Shown in pieces: positions 9,797 to 19,416 of a DNA stretch of 64,000 nt. The stretch comes from Rickettsiales bacterium (lineage in GTDB: Bacteria; Pseudomonadota; Alphaproteobacteria; Rs-D84): assembly GCA_031283185.1 (NCBI GenBank), contig JAITCH010000009.1:1190-65189 (forward strand), given 5' to 3'. A model generated the notes under the pieces. That model saw only the letters and a list, made by a program, of their open reading frames with translations, did not search any database and was not told the origin of the DNA. The position numbers and the translations under genes were made by a program. Every line of letters starts with the position of its first letter. Position 1 is the stretch's first letter.

Positions 9797-10615
9797 CTAA
9801 AACATATCAATGTGTGGACGCGAGCCATCAATTAAATAAGCGGCGGGCTGATTTGCATCCCAATCAATGCCAGTCTTTTTTACTGACGCGGGATTGCCAG
9901 CAATAAGGCAATTTGGCTCTATAAATTTTTTCGTAACTACTGAACGCACTGGAACGATGCAATGATCCGGAATGCCTGCCTTGGCAGTAAGAATCACATC
10001 GTGCCCGATCCATACATGGTTTCCAACGGATACGGGTTCTGTCGGCACATTAATGCATTCCCTAGTTTTTGCATCCAATACTGCGTGTCCATCGCAAAGT
10101 ATAAATACTTGCGCCAACATTAAATCATTTCCGATTTTTATTTGATTTCCACAGGACAGGACATTAAGTTTCGAGCCTGCTCCATTTTCCCCTACGATAA
10201 AACGATTGTTATCATAGAAAAGATCCAAATGCGCGTATTTCATATGAAAGTTTCTGCCTAATTCCACATAGTTATTGCAACCGCCATAATTGAACTTAAC
10301 ATTTATATTTCCGTGGCAGGGAAGATGAATGACTATTTTATTGTTTTTGTAAATGCTTCTATCTTTGGTATAGACATTATCAAAACCTACATTCAAAGAA
10401 AAGTTTCGGACTAATTCGCGGTATTTTTTCGATAGAACCATCGCCGGCGACATTATAAATTCGTGCGAATTACCCGACTCGTCAATTATTATAACAACAT
10501 TATCATTGTTGTGGGGGGGGGCGGACAATTGACCTCTAAGACTTCTCCGCATGCGTTTTGATGGAATGAACAGACACACTAATTTAATAAAGGTTTTGCG
10601 TTTGATTCTAAACAT
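9797..10615 (-). CDS. Sugar O-acetyltransferase (left-handed beta-helix, hexapeptide repeats) with 5' poly-C tract
   Basis: C-terminal hexapeptide-repeat region (VWIGHDVILTAKAGIPDHCIV...). A C9 tract encodes APPH at codons 31-34. Confidence 0.7.
   Translation of the reverse strand: MFRIKRKTFIKLVCLFIPSKRMRRSLRGQLSAPPHNNDNVVIIIDESGNSHEFIMSPAMVLSKKYRELVRNFSLNVGFDNVYTKDRSIYKNNKIVIHLPCHGNINVKFNYGGCNNYVELGRNFHMKYAHLDLFYDNNRFIVGENGAGSKLNVLSCGNQIKIGNDLMLAQVFILCDGHAVLDAKTRECINVPTEPVSVGNHVWIGHDVILTAKAGIPDHCIVPVRSVVTKKFIEPNCLIAGNPASVKKTGIDWDANQPAAYLIDGSRPHIDMF
10513..10521. repeat. Homopolymeric G9 (C9 on coding strand) inside the acetyltransferase CDS
   Basis: gtgggggggggcgg read directly. In-frame at this length. 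Confidence 0.9.
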
Positions 10616-10623
10616 TTGCAGTC

Positions 10624-11760
10624 CTATTCGATTTCACAATTCAAAGTCAATTCATGGACTGGGAACCAACCATAATTTGAATCCGTAAGGCTAAATTTAT
10701 ACCCCAAACCAAGCGAATCAATCATTGGCAGAATGTGCATCAGGTCATCATAATTATGATAAATGCTTAAAATTAATGTCGGTTTTTGTTCGCGTATAGT
10801 TTGCAGCGCACCTTTAAGGAAAAGTTGTTCTGCCCCTTCAATATCGACCTTTATCAAACCAACCTTGATTTTGTTTTCTTTAACATAATTATCCAAAGTT
10901 TCCATCTTGCATTTCAATTGTCCCGGCGCATCGAACGCCGCGCAATCCATATAACCCGTGCTGTCCGAAAAACCGACATTAATTGGAACAATGTTTTTTG
11001 CATTATTAAGCGCAATGTTGCGTTTCATTTCTTCAAAATTTCCCGTCAATACTTCCGCTGCATAAATTGGATTATTAGAGAAATGTCTAGCGAATATAAG
11101 TGCAGAATCCCCAACATAAGCCCCCACATCAAAAATCGCAAGACCTTCTTTTATAATTCTATCTTTTGACTTTAATCCATCCAATCCGTATTCATCAACA
11201 AATATGGATGGCTCAAAAGTATTTTTATATAGCTTATATCCATTCAATTCAAAATATTTTCCATTCATATCAGTCGCTTTCATGGAATGCATTTTTTCAA
11301 ACTTCTTTATTTGTGTTTCATCATAAAAAATACACCACGGCGCGCAATTTGGTTTTTGATTTATCGGACGAGCTCCATTAACAAGCAAATTATTCGCCTT
11401 AACTAATCTGTAAAGATTGCAGTCAAAAATTTCTTTGCTTTGTTTATCCAATCCATTCAACATAGTTTTAGCGTCCGAATCAAATTGTTGTTGAGATATG
11501 CCAAGCAAACTTGGTAAAAATCCGAAACTAACAAAGTTGATCTTGCCTGCTGCATCATATAGTTCAGGCGATATGCTGGCATATTGTATTTTCACAACAA
11601 TAGAGAGAGGGGGGGGGGTGAATTTGCGCTTGATTATCCGTATACCGAACAAATATGTCCGCGAAACAGAATTGCTGCGTTTTTTGCTTAAAATTGGCAG
11701 ACCGAAAAAGAAGTATTTTTTATCGCCATTTGGGTATCTTTTTTTGCCTAAAACTTTCAT
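10624..11760 (-). CDS. FkbM-family methyltransferase (glycan modification) with internal poly-C tract
   Basis: C-terminal FkbM domain (FDVGAYVGDSA...IKVDIEGAE). The N-terminal part contains a C10 tract encoding TPPP. Confidence 0.65.
   Translation of the reverse strand: MKVLGKKRYPNGDKKYFFFGLPILSKKRSNSVSRTYLFGIRIIKRKFTPPPLSIVVKIQYASISPELYDAAGKINFVSFGFLPSLLGISQQQFDSDAKTMLNGLDKQSKEIFDCNLYRLVKANNLLVNGARPINQKPNCAPWCIFYDETQIKKFEKMHSMKATDMNGKYFELNGYKLYKNTFEPSIFVDEYGLDGLKSKDRIIKEGLAIFDVGAYVGDSALIFARHFSNNPIYAAEVLTGNFEEMKRNIALNNAKNIVPINVGFSDSTGYMDCAAFDAPGQLKCKMETLDNYVKENKIKVGLIKVDIEGAEQLFLKGALQTIREQKPTLILSIYHNYDDLMHILPMIDSLGLGYKFSLTDSNYGWFPVHELTLNCEIE
11609..11618. repeat. Homopolymeric G10 (C10 on coding strand) inside the FkbM methyltransferase CDS
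   Basis: gagagaggggggggggtg read directly. ORF is open at this length. Confidence 0.9.
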
Positions 11761-12792
11761 TTACAAAGTTCCCTTTTTCGCGCGGGCCAGGTCGGCATCC
11801 ATCATCATTTTCGCCAGTTCGGCGAATTTGACTTTTGGCGACCAGCCTAATATATCCTTGCCCTTGGCTGAATTGCCCAGCAGTTGTTCAACTTCGGCGG
11901 GACGATAAAATTTAGGATTGACCTTGACGACGACGCGCCCGGAATTTTTATCTGTTCCGATTTCGTTTTCGGCTTCGCCGCTGAATTCAATGTCCCACCC
12001 CAGTGCCTTGCCGGCTTCGGATATAAATTCGCGGATGGAATGCATTTCATTTGTAGAAATGACATAAGTATCGCCGTGTTCGTGTTGCAGCATCCGCCAC
12101 ATAAATTCAACATAGTCGCCTGCGAATCCCCAATCGCGTTTTGCGTTCAGGTTGCCCAATTCAACAGGTTTGTCCGTTTCGCCGACGGCGATGCGTGCGA
12201 AATGCTGGGTAATTTTGCGCGTAACGAATTCCTTGCCGCGGAAAGGGGATTCGTGATTGAATAGAATGCCTGAACAGGTGAAAACGCCAAAACTCTCGCG
12301 GTAATTGGTTGCCGCCCAGTGCGCCATAAGTTTTGCCACGCCATAGGGCGAACGCGGCCAAAATGGAGTTTTTTCAGTCTGCGGCACTTCTTGCACCTTG
12401 CCGAACATTTCGGATGTGGACGCTTGATAAAACCGGGTCTTCGGACTGAACTGGCGAATGGCTTCCAAGATATAAAGAACGCCCATACCATCGGCTTGGG
12501 CGGTATAAATTGGTTCTTCAAACGAAGCGGCGACAAATGATTGCGCGGCCAAGTTATAAAATTCATCCGGCTGATATTTTATAAGCAAACGGCAAATGTT
12601 GGTAAATTCAAGCAGGTCAAAATCCACCATTTCGATTTGGTCAAGTATTCCGTGTTCTTTAAGTTTTTCGAATGTATCGGTCGCGCCACGGCGGAATGCG
12701 CCGATGACCTTGTAGCCCTTGGACAGAAGAAGTTTTGCAAGGTATCCTCCATCTTGACCTGTTATCCCAGAAATGATTGCTGTTTTCGCCAT
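11761..12792 (-). CDS. gmd: GDP-mannose 4,6-dehydratase
   Basis: MAKTAIISGITGQDGGYLAKLLL... Start trimmed to the internal ATG (track ORF begins at 12858). Confidence 0.85.
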   Translation of the reverse strand: MAKTAIISGITGQDGGYLAKLLLSKGYKVIGAFRRGATDTFEKLKEHGILDQIEMVDFDLLEFTNICRLLIKYQPDEFYNLAAQSFVAASFEEPIYTAQADGMGVLYILEAIRQFSPKTRFYQASTSEMFGKVQEVPQTEKTPFWPRSPYGVAKLMAHWAATNYRESFGVFTCSGILFNHESPFRGKEFVTRKITQHFARIAVGETDKPVELGNLNAKRDWGFAGDYVEFMWRMLQHEHGDTYVISTNEMHSIREFISEAGKALGWDIEFSGEAENEIGTDKNSGRVVVKVNPKFYRPAEVEQLLGNSAKGKDILGWSPKVKFAELAKMMMDADLARAKKGTL

Positions 12793-12899
12793 ATTTATCC
12801 TCATATCTAAAAATGCTTTATTATTACATAATTTTAATTTAATAACGCACAAAGTCAATCACTTTATAGAGAAATCCGTGAATAGATCATTCATCACGC

Positions 12900-13739
12900 T
12901 TAAAACGCATATTGTTTTGACTTAAATCGTTCCAGCGCATCGTCTAAATTCTCTTGATCATCGTCCCAATATAATCCCCAATCGATCAGGGTTAACTTGC
13001 CATAGCCCGCATCCATCAACGGATCGGTAGGTAGATCCGAAGAAATCCAACGCCCCTGTCCAGAATTCGGCGTGCCGTATTTCTGTAAAACCATTTGCCA
13101 GAATGCGAGAACTTTTTTATCGCGCTGATTGGTGAATTTTTCAGCATCGCCTGGAATGTCGTCCACATCATTGGTGTAGATTATTTTCCAAACAAGATTA
13201 TCGGTTGCATTTGATGTAAAATGCACACTGATTTTTTCACCAGTTGACGGGCGTTCCAGCCGCATTTCCGAAGGGTATAAAAATCCCCGTTTGCGCGCGG
13301 CGGAATTGATGCACTTTTCCAATTGCGCGGGCGCATTGATTTTTTGTTGCCTGCATTCATAGTCCAGGTTGGACTTCCATTCTTTTGGTATGGTGTATGT
13401 TATAGCATTGCGGGTAGCGGGGCGATAAATGGCGGCCTCGCGGAAGAACAGAATACGAACGGATTCGAACGGCATACCCAGCATTATGCTGGAAATATCA
13501 AAGTCGTGAACATTGGCAAAGGATTCGCCGGCGTTAAGTGCGAGGGTTTCACCCAGCATTTCAAAGTCGATATTTTCGGATGATGAAGTAATATCTCCTT
13601 CAAGGTATTCGCCGCCTGCATCTGCGCCAATGTCGAAGCCGCTGTCGAAAAATTCATCTTCTGCCCGCGACAGAAATGGCACGATGCATAAGGCGAATAT
13701 GATTATAAAAATTTTCCTACTCTTCCACATAATTTTCAT
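12900..13739 (-). CDS. Secreted hypothetical protein
   Basis: Signal peptide MKIMWKSRKIFIIIFALCIVPFLSRA. The track ORF is extended upstream through a palindromic repeat array, so the start is trimmed to the signal-peptide Met. Confidence 0.5.
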   Translation of the reverse strand: MKIMWKSRKIFIIIFALCIVPFLSRAEDEFFDSGFDIGADAGGEYLEGDITSSSENIDFEMLGETLALNAGESFANVHDFDISSIMLGMPFESVRILFFREAAIYRPATRNAITYTIPKEWKSNLDYECRQQKINAPAQLEKCINSAARKRGFLYPSEMRLERPSTGEKISVHFTSNATDNLVWKIIYTNDVDDIPGDAEKFTNQRDKKVLAFWQMVLQKYGTPNSGQGRWISSDLPTDPLMDAGYGKLTLIDWGLYWDDDQENLDDALERFKSKQYAF

Positions 13740-13772
13740 TCTAGTAAATATCTTACCCCTTACGCAAACGAA

Positions 13773-14070
13773 AAATTCCCCCTCTGCTTGATGTGGTCGC
13801 ACAATAGTCCCCTTCGCTGGCGAAGGGGTGGATGCCGAAGGCAGACGGGGTAGTGGTAATAATTGCCTCGCCCGGCTTTGCCGGGAGAGGAACGAAGCCC
13901 GGCAACTTGTTGCCGTAGGCTGAGTGGTGAGGGCAAGCGCAAAAGCCCTCACCGGATTTTCTAAATTCGCCTTGCTCATTAATAAAATCCTCCTCTCCCA
14001 CCTTCGGCGGGCAAGGCTATTATTAACACCCACCCCCATACCCCACCTCATCCTCCACACCCCCACCCCA
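13773..14070. repeat. Array of nested palindromic (RPE/REP-like) elements
   Basis: Units such as gtccccttcgctggcgaaggggtg...cggggtagtggt and gcctcgcccggctttgccgggagagg, shared with more than 20 other loci in the window. Confidence 0.8.
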
Positions 14071-14117
14071 AACGCATTTTATCTTGACAAAATCAGTATT
14101 AGGGGTTAGAATGCAGT

Positions 14118-15008
14118 ATGATTATCCCGAAAACCGCCTTAAAACATATATATATTCAAGCCGCCTGGTGGCTCGCTTGGGCGATTTTCTGCACAATTTT
14201 CCTAGGAATTGCCTTCAAATTCAACATATTTTCCGCCCGCCATTGGGCAATCGTTAGCAAATATGGATTTCACGGATTTCGCGGCACGGCATTATTAATC
14301 AGCATTGCCGCCGCCCTGCCGGTTGGCGCGGCACTCGCCGTTTTGTTCTGGCGGCAAGGTGGTTTCAAAAAGCCTCCGAAAAAGCCCGAAACCCCTGCAA
14401 ACGCGCATTCGGACTTTGCAGAAATTGCTGAAATCATAGAGACAAAAAAGGATCTGCCGGAAGAACTTCGTAATGCTTATGTCCGAATGAGGCGCGATGC
14501 ACATCCTGCGAAAAACCAGATGCCCGCGCCGATGCAGCAGAAATCAAAACCGAAAGCCGATGATTTGTTTGCGATGGACGATTTTGACCCTGCGCCAAAT
14601 GCCGCGCCCAACAACGCGCCCGCGCCGAACACCCAGGCTCCGACCTTTGAGAGCCTAGATTTCAAGCCGCTTGAATTCGGCAAAAACAAAAAAGATAAAG
14701 ACGAAGGGGAATCCAAACTTTTCCTGCGCGAGACGAATGACACGATCCGCATTATTGCGAAACACGATGATGAAGGGTCTTGGTTTGCGGATGAAAAGGA
14801 GCAACCCGGGCAAACTCCGCAGTGGTTTTCCGAAGGCGGGCAAAAGACTTCGCCGGTGTATTTGGCATTGCAAAAGGCGGCGGATTTGCGCGCGACCAAC
14901 CCGGATAAGAAAGTAGTTGCTGTTCTAAAATTGTATAAAGATAATATAATTAATAAGGCAGCTATGCTGCCGATCTGGACCGAACTGGGCATTGTTGTAG
15001 AAGATTAA
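14118..15008 (+). CDS. Membrane protein with proline-rich disordered linker
   Basis: Two N-terminal TM helices, then a PKKPETPANA...APNNAPAPN low-complexity segment. Confidence 0.5.
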   Translation: MIIPKTALKHIYIQAAWWLAWAIFCTIFLGIAFKFNIFSARHWAIVSKYGFHGFRGTALLISIAAALPVGAALAVLFWRQGGFKKPPKKPETPANAHSDFAEIAEIIETKKDLPEELRNAYVRMRRDAHPAKNQMPAPMQQKSKPKADDLFAMDDFDPAPNAAPNNAPAPNTQAPTFESLDFKPLEFGKNKKDKDEGESKLFLRETNDTIRIIAKHDDEGSWFADEKEQPGQTPQWFSEGGQKTSPVYLALQKAADLRATNPDKKVVAVLKLYKDNIINKAAMLPIWTELGIVVED

Positions 15009-15041
15009 TCATAGCAAATGATAATACTCAGTCCGGCGACG

Positions 15042-15941
15042 CTATAAAACACTTGCCCATTTCTTTTTGAACACAATGCTATTTTTTTTGCATCGCTCAC
15101 TAAGATATTTAGTAATGGACAGATTTTCAAAATGAATGATTTCCGATTTCGGCTGCAATACAACCCTCAACCCCTTTTCTTCCCGAACCCGGAATGCCAA
15201 ATCCGTATCTTCAAAATATGATGGGGCAAATGTCTCGTCAAATCCGTCCAATTCGCGCCACAACTTTCTGGAAATCATAATTGATGCGCCACAAACATAC
15301 GCAACATCCTTGCCATCAGTGCAATCCGAATGTTGGCGTGCAAGTTTATCATTGACGCGTTTAAGCATTTTTCCTGATCTTCCAGATGATTTAATTATCT
15401 TACCATCAATATCAATGCATTCCGAGCCCACAAGACCAATAGTGGAATTCCCATCCAAAGTTTTAACCAAAGATTCCAACCAATTCTGGCAAACAATCGT
15501 ATCATTATTAAGAAGGGCTATATATTTGCCTTTTGCCTTTTTCGCCGCGTTATTACAATTTTTCAGAAAGCGCAGATTCTTCTTATTCCGAACATGAACG
15601 ATATTTTTTATGCGCTGTTTGACATTCTTAGTTTCGTCAGTGCTGCAATCGTCTGCTAGGATTACCTCGTAACTCGCGCCCTTTACATTTTTTAGAACTG
15701 AATGAATGCAAGCGTGCGTAAATTCATACTGATTATATGCCGGGATAATTATAGAAACCAGCGGATTGGCTGTTTTCGGAAGCGCGAAATTCTGCGGAAC
15801 ATTTTTTTGGAACTTTGCCATCCATTTCGCCTGGATGCCGACATCTCCATTATTGGACTCAAATCGTTTATGAACGCGAATGCCGAACACATAATAGCGC
15901 ACACATAGCCCCCTTCTCCGCTGGCTGAAAAATATGGACAT
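15042..15941 (-). CDS. Glycosyltransferase family 2
   Basis: VSIIIPAYNQYEFTHACIHSVL...VILADDCSTDET, a DxD-type GT-A fold. The true start may be an internal Met near 15821. Confidence 0.75.
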   Translation of the reverse strand: MSIFFSQRRRGLCVRYYVFGIRVHKRFESNNGDVGIQAKWMAKFQKNVPQNFALPKTANPLVSIIIPAYNQYEFTHACIHSVLKNVKGASYEVILADDCSTDETKNVKQRIKNIVHVRNKKNLRFLKNCNNAAKKAKGKYIALLNNDTIVCQNWLESLVKTLDGNSTIGLVGSECIDIDGKIIKSSGRSGKMLKRVNDKLARQHSDCTDGKDVAYVCGASIMISRKLWRELDGFDETFAPSYFEDTDLAFRVREEKGLRVVLQPKSEIIHFENLSITKYLSERCKKNSIVFKKKWASVL

Positions 15942-15942
15942 C

Positions 15943-16494
15943 TTAAACCTTTTTCCTAAACTTCGTTATATCAATTATATTATCTGGGGTGTGGGGCAAG
16001 GGCGTTTCGCTGCCGCCTTCTAATGGCAATGGCTGATCCGCAGCCGCTTCGTCATTCGCACTTTCATTCGGAACAAAGCCCAGAACAAAATTCACACTCG
16101 GATCTTTGAACTCTATCAATGAATCAAACGGCACAATTATATAAAACGGCTGGCCGTTAAACGCCAAACTTACCCCAAAGTCCGTATCCGAAACATTCAG
16201 ATTCGCAAACGAATGCTGCATAACAATCGTCATCGTATCAGGATAACGCGTCCGAAGAAAGTCCGGAATCTTGACGCCGCGGAAACCAGTCTTGAAAGTA
16301 ATATAAAAATGCGTATTATCCCCTAAGCCATTTTCGCGGACATAGTTTAATGCCTCGCGCACAACATAGATTTTGGAACGCTCGATTATTTCTTCATAAT
16401 TTACTTTATTTCCCATATGACGAGTATAGAAACTTTCGCCATACTTTTGCAAGAACAAAAACCCAGCGACAAAGCCGACAGATGGTTTTGCCAT
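15943..16494 (-). CDS. sspB: ClpXP adaptor SspB-like protein
   Basis: 183 aa. IPDFLRTRYPDTMTIVMQHSFANLNV...LAFNGQPFYIIVPFDSLIEFKDP resembles the SspB fold, with an acidic C-terminal tail. Confidence 0.5.
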   Translation of the reverse strand: MAKPSVGFVAGFLFLQKYGESFYTRHMGNKVNYEEIIERSKIYVVREALNYVRENGLGDNTHFYITFKTGFRGVKIPDFLRTRYPDTMTIVMQHSFANLNVSDTDFGVSLAFNGQPFYIIVPFDSLIEFKDPSVNFVLGFVPNESANDEAAADQPLPLEGGSETPLPHTPDNIIDITKFRKKV

Positions 16495-16566
16495 AAAGGG
16501 GACTTTTAGGGGTTGTTTGCAGGGTTGAAATATGATAAAATAAGGGAATAGGGAGAATTCTACTCA

Positions 16567-17469
16567 ATGTTCCGCAAGGTCGCATTCTTGGCAATCATTT
16601 TATCTGCATCAGTTTTTGCAAGCTCGTCTTTCGCCGCCTGCACTGACGCCACATCCTGTAAATCCGAGGCACAAACAGCATATAATGCCGCCGCAGAAAA
16701 ACTCGCCGAAGCAAAGAAAAAACTTGAATCCGCTCAACGCACGCAGCAAGCACTTGGCGTTGCCGCAATGGGTATCGGCGGTATGCAACTTGCACAGGGT
16801 CTTGCCCAAAACGCGGCGGAAGAAGAAGGCAAAAAACGGCTTGAAGATTACCAGAAAACCTGGATGTGCGGCGTTGGATCTGCATCTGCCACAGACGAAG
16901 GCCGCATCAACTGGTTCGGCGCAACCGTCGGCGCAGGTCAGGTCGGAACGGTGCCCGCGCCCAAAGGATTGCCGCGCTTAATAGCCGACTTTACCGCCAA
17001 ACAAAATCAGATAAAGGCCGCAAAGGGCGAAATGGATATGGTCTTGACCGAAGAAGAACAAATGACATTCGCCGCTAACAATTTATACGGCCGCGATGAC
17101 GGATTGGCAGAAGGCGAACTTGCCACACAATCCACAGGCGGCGGAAATACGCGTATCGCAATCGGCGCAGGCTTGGCGGGCGCGGGCGCAATGCTGTCAA
17201 TGGGCGATGGTTCGTCCGGTGTATATAAAAATGCGCTGGGGGCTGGCTTGATTACAGGCGGCGGCGCGGGCGCGCTGGTTGCCAAGGATACGAAAGGCCA
17301 GGTTATAGGCGGACTGACGGCAGTCGGCGGAGCAGGCGTTCTGACAAATGGATTTGGATTAATAGGGGCTGGAAAAAAAGATGAGGACGGCAATAAATTG
17401 GGTGTTCTCGGAAATATGGGTAGCGGTCTCAGCGATGTCGCAAAGAATTTAGGAATCGTCGGGAAGTAA
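16567..17469 (+). CDS. Secreted glycine-rich protein
   Basis: Signal peptide, then GAGLAGAGAMLSMGDG...GGGAGALVA Gly-rich repeats. Confidence 0.55.
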   Translation: MFRKVAFLAIILSASVFASSSFAACTDATSCKSEAQTAYNAAAEKLAEAKKKLESAQRTQQALGVAAMGIGGMQLAQGLAQNAAEEEGKKRLEDYQKTWMCGVGSASATDEGRINWFGATVGAGQVGTVPAPKGLPRLIADFTAKQNQIKAAKGEMDMVLTEEEQMTFAANNLYGRDDGLAEGELATQSTGGGNTRIAIGAGLAGAGAMLSMGDGSSGVYKNALGAGLITGGGAGALVAKDTKGQVIGGLTAVGGAGVLTNGFGLIGAGKKDEDGNKLGVLGNMGSGLSDVAKNLGIVGK

Positions 17470-19314
17470 TTAATCTTCTTCTGCGACTTTATCCTTCTTT
17501 GCCAGTTGCATTTGCTTTAATGCAAAGTATTCTCCGCCCAATGCCGTCAATTCGTCATCCGTTCCGCGCTCCGCAATTACTCCGTTTTTAATCACACAAA
17601 TTATATCAGAATTCACAATCGTCGACAACCTATGCGCTACAACAAATGTCGTCCGCCCAACCATCAACTGCGCCAATGCGTCTTGCACCAATCTTTCTGA
17701 CCGAGTATCCAATGCACTGGTCGCTTCGTCCAGCAACAACAACGGCGCATTCTTTAATACCGCCCGCGCAATCGCCACGCGCTGCCGTTGTCCGCCGGAC
17801 AACAACACTCCGCGTTCACCGATAATTGTATCAAATCCCTGCGGCATTTTATCCACGAATTCCGATACATTCGCTGCGTCCGAAGCCTTGCGGACTTCAT
17901 CCATTGTCGCATTGGGCTTGCCCATTTTGATATTGTCGGCAATTGTCCCGTCAAACAAGAACACATCTTGCGAAACCTCTGCAATGTTCGCACGCAAGGA
18001 CTCCAAGGTATAGTCGCGCATATCCAACCCGTTAACCAAAATCGCGCCCGCCGTGGTATCATAAAATCGCTCTAATAAATGCACGATGGTGGTCTTGCCG
18101 CCGCCGGACGCGCCGACCAAGGCGCACATCTGCCCGGGCTTTACAACTAGGTTGATATTGTCCAAAATTTTTCGTCCAGGCTCGTCATCATAATGAAATC
18201 CGGCATTCTTAAATTCAACTGTTATGCCGTTTGGCGCATCAAGTTTGACAGCGTCCGCTTTGTCCTTTATGCCGGAGTCGGAATCAAGAAATCCGAATAA
18301 CCCCTCGGCCGCAATCAGCCCCTGTTGAACACCGCCACCGATATTGGTCAATGATTTTGCGGGTTTGTATGCGGCGGTCAGCGCGAGTAAGAACGCCATA
18401 AAATCGCCGATGGTCATTATGCCGCGCGAGATTAAAGTTCCGCCGACCACGAGGGACGCGGCAAGCCCGACGCTGATCATCACTTCCATCAGCGGACTGC
18501 GAAGCCCGTCCAGTTGAATGTTTTTATATTGCACGCCGATAGCCTTGTCCTCAATCTCGCCCATCCGTTGGCGCGAAGGTGCTTCGGCGTTATAGCCCTG
18601 AATGGTCTTGATGCCTTGGATGCTTTGTAAAACCCACGAAGCAGAATTCGCCGCGATGCCGAAGTATTTGCGCGTGTTCTTTGCGCGCTTGCGAAGAATT
18701 AAAACCAAAGGAATGAACACGGCCGGCACGATGAATAATAGAACGATACATAATGGACCCGCATACCACATCATCAATGCGAACATCATCAGCATCGTGG
18801 CGGAGTTGCGGATCAGGTTGACAAGCGAACTGGTTACAAGATCCAAAACGGCATTGCTTTGAAGCGAGAAAAGATTCATCAGCAAGCCGGAATTGGTCTT
18901 CTTAAATCGCGTCATATCTTGTTCAATTATGTGCGCGTAAAGGCGGCGGCGCAGCCGTGTTGCGGCGTGCAGTCCGACATGACCCATTATCAAAGTATTG
19001 GAATATCCGAATGCGCCTTTCAGAAAGAACGCGGCGATTACTTGCGCGCCCAGCAGATATAGGACTTGGATGGATGAAGTCGTTATAAATCCTTCGTCGA
19101 TTATTTTGCGAACGATTGTTATTGTCCAGGCTTCGGCGGCGGCGGCGATCAGCATACAGGCGACACCGGCGATGATTCCGAAAAGTTGCGGACGACCGAT
19201 TTCGCGCCATACGCGTGCGTATAGCGAGAATTTTATTTTAGATTCCGCATCATCGTTGCGAATGAACGATTTGCATTTCTTTCCGACCTTGCAAAATGTT
19301 TTTATCATAAACAT
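17470..19314 (-). CDS. ABC transporter permease/ATPase (MsbA-like lipid exporter)
   Basis: Six-TM domain followed by Walker A GASGGGKTT, ABC signature LSGGQRQRVAIAR and Walker B LLLLDEATSALD. Confidence 0.85.
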   Translation of the reverse strand: MFMIKTFCKVGKKCKSFIRNDDAESKIKFSLYARVWREIGRPQLFGIIAGVACMLIAAAAEAWTITIVRKIIDEGFITTSSIQVLYLLGAQVIAAFFLKGAFGYSNTLIMGHVGLHAATRLRRRLYAHIIEQDMTRFKKTNSGLLMNLFSLQSNAVLDLVTSSLVNLIRNSATMLMMFALMMWYAGPLCIVLLFIVPAVFIPLVLILRKRAKNTRKYFGIAANSASWVLQSIQGIKTIQGYNAEAPSRQRMGEIEDKAIGVQYKNIQLDGLRSPLMEVMISVGLAASLVVGGTLISRGIMTIGDFMAFLLALTAAYKPAKSLTNIGGGVQQGLIAAEGLFGFLDSDSGIKDKADAVKLDAPNGITVEFKNAGFHYDDEPGRKILDNINLVVKPGQMCALVGASGGGKTTIVHLLERFYDTTAGAILVNGLDMRDYTLESLRANIAEVSQDVFLFDGTIADNIKMGKPNATMDEVRKASDAANVSEFVDKMPQGFDTIIGERGVLLSGGQRQRVAIARAVLKNAPLLLLDEATSALDTRSERLVQDALAQLMVGRTTFVVAHRLSTIVNSDIICVIKNGVIAERGTDDELTALGGEYFALKQMQLAKKDKVAEED

Positions 19315-19326
19315 CTTTGTTCCTAT

Positions 19327-19380
19327 AATTCCCCGCCAATGGTGGCGGGGTGGCGGCTATGCCGCCGGGGTGGTTAGATT
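19327..19380. repeat. Palindromic element (aattccccgccaatggtggcggggtg family)
   Basis: ccccgcca/tggcgggg stem, then the gcggctatgccgcc hairpin and the ggggtggtt tail. Confidence 0.8.
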
Positions 19381-19416
19381 ATCTTACATCTTCCATTTAA
19401 GAAAATCAAAATGATT

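Noticed and set aside
12900-14066. Long N-terminal extensions of track ORFs through repeat arrays (12900-14066, 19417-20637, 41479-44043, 27647-28030, 27948-28559)
   Set aside because: The extended parts translate palindromic elements (PFASEGEF, PPPLAGN) upstream of obvious signal peptides or conserved starts. Starts were trimmed, and pure-repeat ORFs were dropped.
16595-17393. Several minus-strand ORFs within the Gly-rich protein gene region
   Set aside because: Antisense shadow ORFs of a GC-rich Gly/Ala codon run.
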